From: Monocercomonoides exilis PA203
Taxonomy: Eukaryota; Protista; Preaxostyla
DNA length: 64,000 nt
Direction of reading: 5' to 3'
Assembly (NCBI GenBank): GCA_001643675.2
Contig: LSRY02000011.1
Span: 124,001-188,000 of the forward strand
Of the stretch, positions 19,013 to 34,000 are shown in pieces; positions within the stretch are counted from its first letter, which is position 1, and every line of letters begins with the position of its first letter. The notes under the pieces are model-generated. The model was not told where the DNA came from. It saw only the letters and a program-made list of their open reading frames with translations, and did not search any database. Both the position numbers and the translations under genes were made by a program.

Positions 19013-22000
19013 TCAAGAGTGCTGAGTAATAAATGATACAAGGGTATTGAAAAGTGCTTTATATAGAACTGGAAGAGTGAGTGTTGTTTGGTTAATTTGA
19101 GAAGGGGTATTTCTTTGTTTTGTCACACATGAAGATGCTATCAAAAGAGGAGGAAGAACGGAAGGAACAGGTGACTCAAGTGAGGATAAATCAGAATGAA
19201 AAGACGGAGACGGTAAGCTGAATGTAGGCATTCGACTTGTTGCCTTGAGTTTTCTTGAAGAAGGAGGAATTGACGATGAAGATTGAGGAGAAGACGATTG
19301 ATCTCGTGAAGGTGATTGCTGATGGAATGAATGTAATGTCACATCTGACTCAGCTGATGATCCATTGGATTGTGCAAGTGGTGGAATTTCATCTTTTACT
19401 TCATTCTCATTTTCAACAAGAGTAAATTGTGCATCGCTTAATGAAGATTCAGTTGTTGGCGACTGTTGACGAGAAATGGTTCCTTCAAATTCAGTGGAAG
19501 AGACAATTTCTTCGGAAAAAGTTGAAGATTCCGCAAACGGAATATCTTCAAAAGCATCGAATTCATTATCCATTTTGAAAATATCTGAATCCTTTCTTTT
19601 ATTTTGCTTCTTTTGATCGAGATGTGCTCCTTCACTATCATCGTCAATTAACTCCACATCATTTTCAATGTCTTGTGAATTGCATTCATATGAATCACTT
19701 TTGGTAGGATATTGCAGAAAATTAAGGAACGATAGAAGAGGTTTTGTTGTAGCCATCTTTGCAGATGAGATAAGAGAGAGACAAATAGACAATGAATACG
19801 GAAGAGATGCAGCAAACAGCTCATCTATCAGTGCAATTAACTGTCTTGTATCTTCATCGAATACGCTGTTCATAATCGACTCCTTCATCCCAGAAGGATT
19901 AGATCGCACAAATATTGATGCTTTTGGAAGTGTTTTATCGAAAGAATCGTCAATACGAGGAGAAGCACTCGAATGCGAGTTCGAATGATTTCCAAAAACA
20001 GGCGAAGAAGAAGGGGAACGCAAGTCTTGCAATGGTGGCTCAGCAGAATGTCCATACTGCTGCTGCTTGCATTTCCCAAGAAGAGAAGAATTAGGAATTT
20101 CATCAAATGATGGAAGAGAAAGAGAAGGCGAGTGCTTTCCAGAAATAAGTGAAGATGCATCATTAGCTTGCAAATGAGGAGATGCAGCAGATGACAAAAT
20201 CTTTGTTGGAGTCAGAGAATTCAGATAAGCGTCAGGAGAAAGAATCTTATTCGGACTTGCAGTCAAATTTGCTCTATCCTCACACACATTCGAACGAAAT
20301 GGCGAGAGTGGGATGCCTGCAAACTTCACAAGTGGAATTGCTCTATAGAATCCGCCAAGCTGTGCCAGAGGCTTGAACAAATTAGAAGAAAGAGAAGAAA
20401 CATCATAAGTGAGTGGATCACTTGTAAAGAACACAGTTGATGCTGTGATGGAGTGATGGACTATTCGAGGAGTGCATCTGTAGTGCAAATGCAAGAGTGC
20501 TGCACACAAATCAAAAGCTATTTTTATAATAACTATCGGAGAAATAAGAGGGCAGAGATACTCTTCCCCAAAGAATGAGTGAATCTTTTTCTCATCATCA
20601 ACAAAATCAAAAAGAGATGTTGGAGAGTTCTGAGGTTGTTTGCTTTGAGAGTTCAATTCATTTTGCAATTCCTTTGATGTTCCTTTGCTCAGAGATGGAA
20701 AGGCGGAAGAGGAAGGCAGCACACGAGGAAGGACAGATGAAGAATGAGCAAGTGGATGGGGAAGAACCATTTGTGCAATTGGCTGATGCTGAAGCATTAC
20801 ATCTCGAGTTGCTGTTAAATACCATTTCTTAATATTTGAAGTTTTCGTTCTTCTCATCTGTGTCAAAGAAGAAACCAGTGATTGACAAGAAATTAAAGAT
20901 GGAGACATTTTCATTACAACAGAAGGAATAACGCACAATTTGTGGCAACGAACAATACACGGATGGCTGATCATTGACTGCAAATATGAAGCCATCAGAA
21001 AATCTTTTAATGTTATAACATCGAAAGAAGATGACCAAGGGGGAGTTGAGATGGCTGTTAAATCAATCCGACGCGTCAAAAGCGACAAAAAGTGAGAAAG
21101 AAAACAGGAAGAGGATGATTTATCACAACCAGAGTTCGATGAAGATTGCGAAAAATCTGCAGAGCTGATTGACAGAGAATGAGGCACATCTGCAGAGAGT
21201 TGAGCTTGATGAAACAATCCTTCTTGATCTTCTTCAACATTTTTACTGTTATATTCGAAACAATTTTCAACAGAGCTTGAAGGAAATTGAGTCGAAAGGC
21301 TTGACTCACTTTGTGATTTGATTTTAACAGAGCTGTGAATGATCAACAATGGGGTCAGTACTTCTTTCAATTCAAATGCATTTGAAGGTGACTGAAACAA
21401 TGAGAAGTTATAAAACTCACCTGAAAACCATTTTACGAAAGAAGAAAAGAAAGAATTCAAATACGATGAAGATGACCTGGAAACGGATGATCTGCCAATC
21501 GAAAACAAATTATATGAAGATGGAACATTTATGGGCATCTCGCTTTCATTTGGTGCAGAGGAAGTAATCACACTAAGTGGATTTTGAGAGAGTTCAACGT
21601 CCTGCAGAGGTGTGAGGAGTGGAGGCAAAGACATTGAAGTAGAGACAGGCTTGAGAGCACTCGGCTGAGAAATTGAAACAGATAGATCTGTTTCTGACTC
21701 TGACTCTTCCACAGACTTTATCGCTTTTCTAACAGACGAACTTCGATTTAATTCTACATTCACTCGCTTTTCAGATGTTGTTCTGTGTCTTTTTGTTTGA
21801 TGCTTGATTCGCTTGCTGTTTGAACAGACAAATGATGCGTCAAACAATTTCCACCAGGAAAGAAGGGCAGAAAGATCAATAAAGGATTCATATGTGATTG
21901 GAGGAGACAATTCTGGGACAGTGCAGAAGAGCAGTTGTTTTAGATATTCTTCATCATTCGCATCAAATTTGCCATCGCCTTTTCTTCCTTTGCAAGCTGC

Positions 22001-25000
22001 ATTTTCAGCTTGTTTGAGCACATCTTCCTTAATATTTTCAGCTGCTAAATCTTCATGGCCATCAGTTATCATTCCTTCGTCTTCTTCAGAAGTTGAACTC
22101 TCATCTTCATTTCTAAGAAGTGCCGATTCACATTTTTCTCTCACAAACCGCATCACATCAACAGGAGGAGCAGCTGCAACGGAAGTGGATATGTCGTTGA
22201 AGTACTCACGTGAGGAATATTTCATAATGGAAGATATTTGAGTGTTAATCATAAAATGACACGCTTCCCAATCGTCCTGGCTGTGCTTGAAAGAAAATGA
22301 AGATGAATCAGAAACAACATCCTCAACGAAACGTGAATGCTCGGCAAATGAATCACAATGCTTTGAAGACTGACATAGTTTCATTAAATCGCAAATCTTC
22401 TTTTCTTCATCTTTAGAAACAATTTGAGAGTGAATAGGAACAAATGCTGAGCAAGTTATTGAATCTAATACATCAGATTTATTGAGATTTTTGAATTCAT
22501 CTTCTTTTTTCTTTGCAGGAATATGAAGCGGAGGAAGGCTCTCAACGACTGAATATTCAGATATATTTCCACCTCCATAACAAGAACTAGTCATTGTTTG
22601 TATCATCCTTCTAACAGAGTTGCAAAGAACGATAAACAACATTTTTCCCAAATGTGGATTGTGTGATGCGACTACAACCTTCACCCAGCTTGTTGCTGAA
22701 TCTGGTTTTGATGAATTGCGACCATTTGGCCCAGTTTCAATAAGAAATGTGAGATCGTGATGAAGGCAAAGCGACTGAAATATTGTCGAAGGAGTTGTTA
22801 CTTCAAAAGCCTTCTTCTTCATTTCTGAGTCAGATGATGTTAATACTGAAGGCCTAACACAATCTATTGCTTTTGAATGATCGATTTGAGTGGCTGAGTT
22901 CGCTTCACTGTCTGTGAAAGACTTGCGAAGTGAACTGTCGTTGCGATTCACTGAAGAAAGATGTGTCATCTTTCTCTTTGTTGATTCAGGAGCACAAAAT
23001 GATTCAAAATTGCAAATATTTCCCTTCACAATTTCAAGCATTTTATCTGCAGTTGGGAAATATCTAATATAATCCTTTTCTTCTTCTGTCAAAGATGATT
23101 CTTGAGGTAAAGATGTAGAAATCAAAGAATCAATGTGCTCCTTTTGTTCATTCCCAAATATGTTCCATTTCTTCTTTTTCTTCTTTTCTTTATCTTTATC
23201 CTTATCTTTCTTTTTCTTCTTTTCTTTTTCTTTTTCTTTTTTCTTCAATTTCTTTTCCTGTTTCATAGCTTTCTTTTCTTTCTTCTTTTGAATAGACTCA
23301 ATTGCTAATTTCTCGCAATGTTCACCTAAAAGCATTTCTAATTGAGAAGGAAGCAAAACCTCTGCAAACGTCTTGAATCCTCCAATAACGCCACAGCTAT
23401 CAAACTTCTTTTCTGCTGAAGATGTCCAAGGAACAATAAAAGAAGCAACAGGAAAGTTGGACGAATGAGTTGGATGATCAACTGACTGAGATGGGCAGCT
23501 TTTGCTTCCAGTATCCAAATCACTGTTGGAACAAAGTGAATCTTGATGCTCTTTTGTGCTGTTATTTAGCTGCTCTTCGGTGATTCTCACAAAAGATGTA
23601 AGAGATGGAAGGAGAATTGAGACAAGAGCAGAAACATTTGCAGAAGTTACAAACAGTCGAATATGCTGTGCGATTCCAAGAGAAAAAGAAAGATCACTCA
23701 AAGAATCCGATTTTAACAATTCAGATGAAGATGGATTTGTGTTTTGTGGTGCATTAAACGAAGAAAGAGAACTATCAAGAGTTGATGAAAGATTTCTGTT
23801 GGATGATTTACAACGCCATTCAATTGGAGAAAGTTTTAATGATGGCCACAAATTGTTGTATTCCACACCAGTTGGCTTAATTCCAAGATGGACATTCATC
23901 CAAAGATGCATAGTTGATGGAGAAAGTGAGAAGGCAGGTAAATTGAATGAAGAAATAGACGGAACATGAGTTGTTGCACAAAATTGAGACGATACATAAG
24001 AACGCTCTGTTGGTTCTTGATCCACATTTGAAATTGATATTTGTTTCTTCTTTTCTTCTTGTGCTTCCAATGGATCAATCCATTTAACTTTCCCAAAAAT
24101 TCGGCATTCAACAAACTGCTTCAAGCACATCAAAGAAGTCATAACAGCTGATTGTCGCTTTGACAATGAAGTTCCTGTGCATATAAGAGAAAGACATGGA
24201 TTAACATTTGAATCATTTAATGCTATAGAAGTGGCAAATGAAGAAGCTGCAAGATTTCGCGATTGCTGAAGAGAGTGATTTTCTTGATTGCTTCGTTTGC
24301 CTGAATGGCGACGAGAACGCTGCTGAGAAACAGCTGGAACGTTGCATGATGCATCGAAGGTTGTTAGCACCGAATAGACCCAAAGAGCATCTGACATAAT
24401 AAGGGAATCGTTATTTCTATATAATGGGAGAATAAAAGAAGAAGGTGAACAAGAATTAGAGTTCATATCTTGTTGTGTTTCATTGTCATGGCAAGTAGCT
24501 AAGATTGTTTCTCTATCGTCAGTTTCATTTTTCCGCATCAACGAGTAGCATGGTAATCGCATGAATATACCCCATCTCTGCATGATTTTCAAGAAAGAGA
24601 ATAAGTCCTTTCCATTCAATCCAATGGCAAGTGCATCATTTTCCAGTGCTTTTCTTTCAAAGCAAATTTGTCCTGCTCTCAACAGCAATGGTAGGAAATG
24701 AGTTCGTGCATTGACTGCAATGGCAGATTTTTCTTTCTTCTGAGACAAACATAATTCAACAATTTGCTTCATCTCTCCAGTGTGCAGCAGATGCTCTTCT
24801 TCGTTTTCATTGCTGTCTCCGAATGTATTTGTCTTTGAATCGTTTGAATTTGGCAAATGAGATTTCATCCAAAACTCATTCCACAAAGAAAGATGAGAAG
24901 ACTGAATAAACTGTGAAGTAGCAAGAATTGAAAAAGAAGAAAGAATCCGTCTGAGCGATGATAAAAGAGGAAGAGCACCGAAAAGCTGTGACTTTGAGGA

Positions 25001-28000
25001 TGAAGTTGCAGAAGAAGAAGATGATGATTGAATTTGTGCAGAACGTTGATGCGTTGCAGGAAGCGTTGCATCTCGCATATGAAAAGGAGTTGGTGTTGAT
25101 GCATCTGATGGCAACAACGTTGGTCCAATCTTTTTTGTATGGATCACAAACCAAAACGGATGATGGAAGCTATTTTGTTCTTTTTCAGAGCACAAAAAGC
25201 TAGATGATGGTGACAAGCCAGCGCCTGGCGTCAAAAAGGCCATTTGAGGAAGCGGTGGATATTCATTGCTGCTTTGTTGGCTGCGTCCCTTTGTGAGGCT
25301 GCCAGAAAGAGTTACCTGCTTCTCGCTGAAGTCATCAAACATTGAGACAAGTTGAAGTCCCAAGTTATTCTTTATTTCTGTTTCTGCATCCAAAATATCT
25401 GAAGAAGACGGCGAAGATGATGACTCGACTATATGGACTTGTTTAGACATCGAATCGTAAGCATCGTGAGTTATCAGAAGAGGTGGTGGACCTGCAACAA
25501 ATTGAAGAAAGCCTTCGGAACAAGCAATTGGTCTTTGATTCTTATGTGAGTGGCTGAGTTTCTGCTCTTCTTTGTGTAACTCAGTTGAAGGAAAGCCGTA
25601 AAAAGAATGAGACACATTTGTTCCTGCAAAGAAACCTTGAAAGAGAGGAGGGCAATTTGCCAGCTTGACTAATCTCTGCTCTGATAATAAGTGCTTTGCT
25701 ATGCTTTCTTTTCTATCTTTTGCGATAGTGTTGCACCGCTTGTCAATTGCTTGGCACATACTTGCATGATGCACAAACAAATGTGGATTCAAAGATGAAG
25801 AAAGATCAACAAGAGGTAGAGCAACGTTGCGAAATAGAAAAGTTGTTGATAAAGAAGGCAAGAGTGATTCTGTGGTGATTGAACCAATTGAATGTCGATG
25901 TAAATGAGACTTGATTTTACTTTTTGAGTCTGCTTTTTGCACTGTGGATGGTGCATCAGATTCTAAATGATGTTTTTGAGTTTCCTTCCGCAAAAATGGA
26001 GTGTGTGTTGATTCCAAAGCATTTGGCGAAAAAGTGTCGGTTCTTTGCTGATTCTGCTGTTGCAATGCCGATTGCTGTTTTCTTGATGATACCGTGCCCT
26101 GTGAACGCAGAGTGTCTGGTGAAGACATGAGAGAGAAAGATGGGTCGAAGGGAAGCAATGATTGGTTGTCCAACAAAGAAGTTGAAGGAACACTAATAAG
26201 ACTGGTCTTTTGATTCATTCCAGAAACAGAAGAGCATTTCAGCACTTCAGAAGGTGGAAGGCCGTGAAGTTGAGACACAGCAGAGGCAGACGTGATTGGA
26301 GACAATCCATTCAGATCGTGCAATTCTTCAACGCTCATTTTGAGTGGAGAAAATGAAGATGAGTCAAAAAAGTCGAAGAATTGGTCATTATCTTCAGTCA
26401 GGTTATTATTTTTGCAATCTGTATTATTTACGCAATTAACGTTCTTCGAATCTGCTTTCAAAGAAGTATTGTCAGATGCAGATTGTGACAAAGATGAATA
26501 ACATTTGCTCTTTTCCACTTCTTCATCTGCCAAAACTTTTTGCAACGTCTGCTGTTGCTGTTCTGATAAGTTTTCACTTCCATTTGAATGAAACAGCATC
26601 AATTCACCTTCGTTGCACATTGTTCGAGTAAATCGAGCTAAACACTCAACAACTGCATCAGTCAGCTGTGCCACTTGTTCTCCAATCGAAGCCTTGATCT
26701 TTTCTTCTTTGCTTATATTCTTTTGATTAGCTTTGTCTTCGCTTCTTTTTGAAAGCATATGATTTTGTGGCTTGCAAGAATCAGACAAAAACAATGGGGA
26801 TGGAGCCACTGGCTTTTGAACAGGTTTGAAAGGAGGTTTCGGAGATGGAATTTTTGCTGAATCAGAGCGATTTTTTGTGGTTGATAGAGATACCAATATT
26901 TCATCTGCTTTAACTTCTACCTCTTCAGAATCTTCCTCTTCTTCATATTCAAAATCATATTCACTTCCTTCTTCATATTCTTCTTCATTTTCATCATAAT
27001 CTTGAAGCTCAATTTTCATTCCCAATGTTTTTCTCGTTGTGTTTGAACTTGATGGAGTTGTCCTTGAACATTGCTTTATCTCCTCTAATTCTGAACGTTT
27101 TTCAGATCCTTTGATTGATTTATCACTCCAAATTTTTGATTCTTTTCTGTTTGAAGAACTTTCGCTTTCATTGATTGCAGCATCCACCTCTTCCTCTTTG
27201 CTTTCTTCATATCCCTCATCTTCATTTCTCATATTTCGATAGTCCAATACACTTCCTTTCTCTTGTTCTTTATATGCCTCTTGCACATAATCATCAATAT
27301 CATCAATGCTCAATGATGACACTGATCCGTCATCATCTGCTCCATCCACACCATCGATTTCCTCTGAGTTCTCAGAATCATCGCTTTGTGGTTCTTTCAA
27401 TGAATAGATAGAAACAGCTCTGTTTTTGGATGTTTTTGATGATTTGACTGAAGATACTGAAGAAACCCAAAATGATTTGGCAGCCGAAGTCAAAAATGAA
27501 TCTTCTTTCTCAGATTTTGTCTCAGAAAGACTACTTTTATTATTACAAGCATTTTTCTGATCTTTTTCAATGATGCTTTTTTCGTTTTCAGCATTTTTAT
27601 TTGAACTTAAATCCTTGTCATTGCTCAATTCCTTATAATCCTTAACAGCTGATAAATTAATTGACTGCTGGGCAAGTGATGCTAAAGTTGCATATTCACT
27701 TGGTTCAGCAGCCTTTTGAAGAGGCGAAGAACGAAGAGCTTCTTTCAAAAGAGCTTCGTTCCGTTTTTTGTTCAGTTTTTTAGCAACTTTTTGGCGAAGT
27801 TGCTGGATTGGCACATTCTTCTTTGCGGGAATGACAAGATCATCAACAGAAGCCTCAGCCAAAACAGCTGGATCGATAAAAGTGTTGATGACGGTGTACA
27901 CAATGAATCGTAAGCGAAAACTGCGTGCGATGAAGTTCAAGTCATTCAGAGTGGAATACAAAGCATTTACGAAAGAAGAAGGCAGAACTGTTTGAGAAAG

Positions 28001-31000
28001 AGCAGATGCTGAAGAAGAACAGGAGAACGCAAAAGAGATTGCTTGAAGAGGCAGCGAGAATGACAGAAGGATTGGCGTTGGAAAAGTCACAATCGCAGGC
28101 AAAGAAGATGGTTGTTGTGAATCTGAGTGGAGAAACGAGCGAAATGAGAGGCAAAGCCAGAACAGCCTTGTGAGTGTGGATGAAGGGGAGAGGTGAAGCA
28201 GCTGAGTGTGCTGCCCTTTTAGCGGAGTGTCAAATAAAATAAACGATTCAGCAGAAGATGGATGCACAGGAGAGGAAAAATGATCGATTGAAGCATTTTC
28301 CTTGGAGTTGCTTTGAGAAGAAAGTGAATTGCTGTTTTTGGTTGGGGCGATGTGGGAGAAAGCTTCGTTGAATGAAGAATGCGACATTTCGTTGAACAGA
28401 ACCGAAGAAAGTTGAGAAGGGTAACGAGAAAATGGAGGTGTTTCAGCTGTTTCTGTGCTGCAGCTGGAGCCTTCGTTTGAAATGGCAAGGATGCGCAAAA
28501 ATGAGAGCGGAAAAGGAGTGATCGGGAGCGGATTGTCAATGGCATCAGACAATGGCTCGTCTTTCTTCTTCACCGCAGCAGAAGTGCTCTGAATGGCAAG
28601 TGATTCACTTTCTTCCTTTTCGTTTCCTTTATCTTTTGGATTTTCGAATTCAGTTTTTTCATTAGAAAAAGTTGAATGCTTTGTTGATTTTGAAGTTCTT
28701 CTCTTTTCCCATTCAGAACAATCAGCTGATTCTAACATCTTCCAATGCGATGACTTTTCAGTCATTTTTTGCAGTTGAACAGTGAGTGACGAAATATAAC
28801 TGTCAAATGCTGATTTCTGCTCTGCTCGAAGAATAAAAGAAGGAGGCGTTCTCAGCTTTTGCAGGAGCGAGACAAAACTATTTGAAGCTATCAAGGGTGT
28901 TGAGGCAGAAGTGGAAGAAGAAGATGATGATGAAGATGCAGACGAAGACGATCGAGAGTTTTCAGATATTTTCGGAGCATTCATAAATAGCTGTGGTGAG
29001 AAAAGAACTTCGCCGGTTGGCTGATAAATAAGAAGGTTACTCACAGAAGAAGAAGACGAAGAAAGAGAACGAGACGAAGCAGAAGTTAATTCAGGAGGAG
29101 GCGGAAGCGAAGACGATATGTTCCGATGGGATATCAAGCGGATGGCAGAAGTGAAAGAGCGAGGAAGAGAGAATGAGTAAAGAGCAGGCGATATAACATG
29201 CGCAAATGGAGGATCAGATGGGAAAGAGCTGTGCTGAGGCAGAGGAGGATACAAAAGAGGCGGAAGGTACTTCAGAGTGAACGGAGATTTGATGCTGAAA
29301 GGAGAAGAAACGAAAGAAGGAGGCGAAGTGTCCAGAAAGCTGGAGTGTGCAAGTTGAACAGAAGAAGAAGACTTTTTGTCGCTTCTAGTCGTTTCTCGAC
29401 TGTTTTGCTTCTTTTGCTGAGGAGACGGTGAATAAACAGGAGAAATCTGTTTGGATGGAGCAGGAAGTGTGTTGCCTGACGACTGAGACTTCTTTGTTGT
29501 TGTTGAAGTTGTCTTCGTCTTTGAAGGTGAAGGCAAAGTTGAGGAAACAAATGTTGATGTTCCTGTTTTCAAAGCATTTGATGGACTTGTAGAAGCAGAT
29601 GAAGGCAATGCATCCTGATTTTTCATTTCTTTTCTCTTTCTCAGATGCTCCATTTTCATTGTGAGTGACTCGATCTGTTTTGTCTGTTTGATGACATGGC
29701 TGACTTCTGAGTCAATTTGATCTTTCTGTGCTTTGGCATTCATTCTGTCTTTGATCAACGAGATTTCTGAGTTGATAAGCGAATAAGGAGAAAAGTCTGT
29801 GCAGCGAGAAACAGCAGAAAGGCCACGGGAAGAAGGAGAAGATGAAAACAAAGAAGACGAAAATAAAGATGAACTCACATTAGACTGAGATGAAGAACCA
29901 GAATGGGCTGAAAGCAAAGTTGGAGAAGACAAAAATAAAGAAAGAGAAGTGAGTTTGTGCAGAAGTTGTGGTGATAAGGTTATGAAAGTGTTTCCAGAAA
30001 TGTTTAAAAACTTAAGATTGCGCAACAAAGATAACTGAAGAGGAAGTTGAGTCAAAGAATTGTTTGACAAATCAAGATACTCCAATGTGTGTGAAATGCC
30101 GCTGGAAAATGAAGAAGAGGAATGGAATATAGCACTTGGCAAATGGTTGAGTGAACATCCTTTCAGAGAAAGATGAGTCAGGTTTAATGAAGACAACACA
30201 GAAAAAGGAGAAAATGATAAGCATTCACAGTGTTTACATGAATTGCTTTGAACAGTTGTAGAAGTTGTTTGTGATTGTGGAACTGCAGAAGCAAAAGGAA
30301 CAACCTCAGAAGATTGAGCAGAATGAGGAGAAAGCAGAGAATATGATTGTTTTGGTTCAAATGAACATTCGTCCCACTGAAAGTTTTGCAAATTGCTTGA
30401 GATTTGATAGTCATGCAATGAAGCTGTATCCAACATAGCAAAAATGTGCAGCGATGGAAGGGAAGATTGAGTGATGTCAAACTGTGGAATGAAAGAATTG
30501 CTAAGATTGATCGAAAAGCAGCTGCTCAGACAACTTTTGATGGATGTAAATGTCGATGGAGTGATGCACTTGATGCTCTGAGAAAGCTGAGGAGGAATAA
30601 AAGTGGGGAATATATTTGTGCTTGAAGGGATATTGAGAGTATCAGAAGAAAAAGGAGAAAGTGGATTATCATCAAAAGCAGAAGAGGAAGAAGTGGAAGA
30701 CAAAGAAGAAACAGTTTCATTCTGTTTTGGGAGAAGCAATTCTGTTGAGATCAATTGCGATGCAATTCTTCTCGTGCCATCCAAAAACATCGGAAGCTGC
30801 TTCACAAAATCGAGTGAATGAAGAATGAGCGGAAGAGAACGAAGCACAATTTGTGATGCTGGATTGCTTGTATTCAACACAACATCAAGACCAGAGCTCA
30901 GAAATGGAACGAATCTTTGAAGCAGCAAAAGTGATGCTTTTTGAGATGAATTCGAGCAATCTGATGAACTGCAATGCTTTTCATCAAATGAATCGTCGGA

Positions 31001-34000
31001 AGAGTGAGCAGTTTCATTTTCTTTGCCAATTTGCTTCGCCATCTTTGATGAGTTATTCTGACTGTCTTTCAATGAACAATCAATTTTATCTGGCAAGAAA
31101 AGTTCGAAATGCTTCATCAATCTCTCTCTTTTGCCATCGGTATTGTCTTCCCCATCTTCCATGAACACTTTCTTCACAGCCAAATACTCAGCCACTTTCA
31201 TCATCACCATTCCCATCCGCACAAACAGAGACGGATCCACCTCAAACATCTGCCCCAGTGCATTCACGTCTTCCTTCGCGCGGATTCGCTCCACGCCGCC
31301 TTTTGCAGCCATCGTCCGCATCAGAATCATCGCTGCCTCTTCGTCGTCTTCTTCCCGCAACTTCTGCCTCTCAATCAGCAGCTGCTTCCACTCTGCACTT
31401 TGGTTCTCGTCCTTCAGAATTTCTGAGAAGAACAGAGCAGCTTCAGATAGAGAGGGAAGACAGAACAATGAAAAGGAGGATTTTGAATGAGAATATTGAG
31501 AAGGTCGAGAAGAAGGCGAAGATGAGGTATCTAAATATTCATTATTTAAACATTGCTCATTTTGTTCAAGTTTTAATTTTTCCGATTCAGTATAATTTTC
31601 AGGATGATTTGATGAAGTTGTATCTTTCTTCTCCAACAAAGCATCGTTATCTTCCGATTCTTCAATTGTCCTATGATTTTCTTGCTTTTCTTTTGCTTTC
31701 CTCGTTTCCATCACTTCTGCCATTGCCTTGTTTCCCCATTCTTCCATTACACACATCAAATGCTCAATCCCTTCGCTTTCACAAATTGCCTCTCCAATTC
31801 TGAATTGGTCTCCACCCGACCTCAACAGCCGCAGCACATGAAACACAGCAAACACATGTTGATACACAGAAATGGGTCTTTTTGTGGGAAGAGCAAAAAG
31901 AGAAGAGGCTGAACTGGAAGTGACAGGAAGAGATGACGAAATAATGGCAGCTTCAGCTGATAGAGGATCAGAAAATGCATCTTCGTCGCTGTAATATCCA
32001 GCCCATTCAACTGAATCTTCATCGACTTCTTCCTCGTCATTCTTTCCTTTTGTTTCATCACTCTCTTCTTTTGTGTTGTTATTTTTCAAGTCATTTTGTC
32101 CATCCACATAAATTGGCACTTTCATCAGATCTTCAATGAGCGAATGGTCTTCTGATATTTTCTTCTGCACTGCTGGGCAGCTCAGCACAGCATTCAGCAC
32201 AGCCGACGGGAGCGTAGCCATCAACGCAACAGCACTCGCATTTGGAAGAGGTTTGCTCTGCAGAAACAGACGCGTCGCTTTTCTGATGTTGTTGCAGCTG
32301 ACAATCACAGAAGGAATGATGTGTGAGTCTGCGCTGACTTCTGCTGATGTCACAATGTCAGTCACTTTCTGAGACAAACAGGCATTCGAGTTGTCTGAAG
32401 CATCGCCAGATGGAAAAGTTCGAAGAGCATTCATCACAATGCATTCAGCCTTCAACATCATACGAATGTCCATGCTTCTCACACGAGAATATATCAACCC
32501 ATCTATTTCATCTATTCTTTCTTGTTCTTCTTCATCTCTCATCTCCTTTGTCACTTTTATGGTATCATCCTTTTCTTCCTCGTGATGCAAATGCTTTTCC
32601 TCCTCAACCTTTGTAGCTGTCTCTTCATTTGTTGTTTTGATTTGCTCTTCAGCCTGCAACGCAGCAGCAGCATCGTTGACCATGTCTGATGGAATGTCGT
32701 ATCCTCCAAACAGCAACAAAGACACAACACAAAGTGAACCAGTTGACAATGCTCTTATCAATGGATGGCTGCTTTGTGGAGAGAAAGGCAGGGAAAGAAG
32801 AGGGTCAATGAGAAGCTGCTTGGACTGAAGTGAAGAGCGTGGAGGAGGAGAGGAGAAGAGAGAATACGAAGACATCGGAGAAAGAGGAAGAGGCGGAGAA
32901 AATCGGATTGAACGGGAAGGTCGCTGTGGAGAGACAGAACGAGCTGAAGAAGATGCTTGCTGAGAAGAATAGATTGAGGGGGAGGACACAGCTGTTGTGG
33001 CAGAACGAGGCAGAACAGAACGTGGCTGTGTTTGAGTTGCTGATTGTTGTGGAGGCTTGCTACGAAGCTGAGCTGTGGAAAATGAGGAGAGGGAATACGA
33101 ACTGAATGAAGATCGCCTCTGGGATTCAGGCTGTGACAAGTTGAGGATGATGGAGAGAGGCTGAGAGAGAAGGGCTGCAAGTGGAATGAAAGGCAGGAAG
33201 AACGAGCGAGTAACGATTGAATGTTTGAAATCGCTCTGAATGCGTCGCTGCTGAAGTGATTGTTGAGAAGAGGCATGCGGAGAAGGCTGAGTGTTGCCAT
33301 GAAGAGTGCGAGAGGAAGAGGAAGAGGAAGAGGAAGAAGAAGAGGAGGAGGAGGAGGACTGATTGGAAGTGAGACGAGATGAATCAGTTGAGCCATTCAA
33401 ATAGCAAGATGACGATGCAACAACAGAAGAGAATGCGAATGGAACTAATCCGTTTGGAGTTGATGATTGAGGTGAAGAAGATGGTGATGGTGATGCATTC
33501 ATTGATGAAGAAGGAGAAGACGAAGATTTGAGAGAAGAATTAAAACCAGAATGAGGTGGATCAGACGCTTTGTTGTTGTTGTTGTTGTTTGAAGATGATT
33601 CAGAGAGAATTGGGTCAACATGAAATGAGTGTGAGAAAAGGAGGGCAACAAGAGGAAGGCAGAGTGACTGGATGGCTGCGATGAGAGGCGTGAAATGAGC
33701 AGACAGCGCAAAAGTGGATGTTCTCTGAGACAGCGACGGCCGAAGAGAATGGTCTGAAATGGGAATCAGAGAAAAAGAGGTTTCTTCGCTGTGATTGGAA
33801 TGAGGGTGTTCTGAAAGATGGAGAGATGAAGTGCCAGAGGAATTAAGAGGAGGAGAGGAAGGCGAATGTGATGTATGCTCTGAATGAATTGTGTTTGCAG
33901 CAGAAGGAGAGGAAGGAGAAGAAGAATGTGAATGCGGAAGAGGAGAAGATGAGGGCGAAATGGACAAGTCGGTTGGAGTGGAAGCTGATGCCAGATGCAG

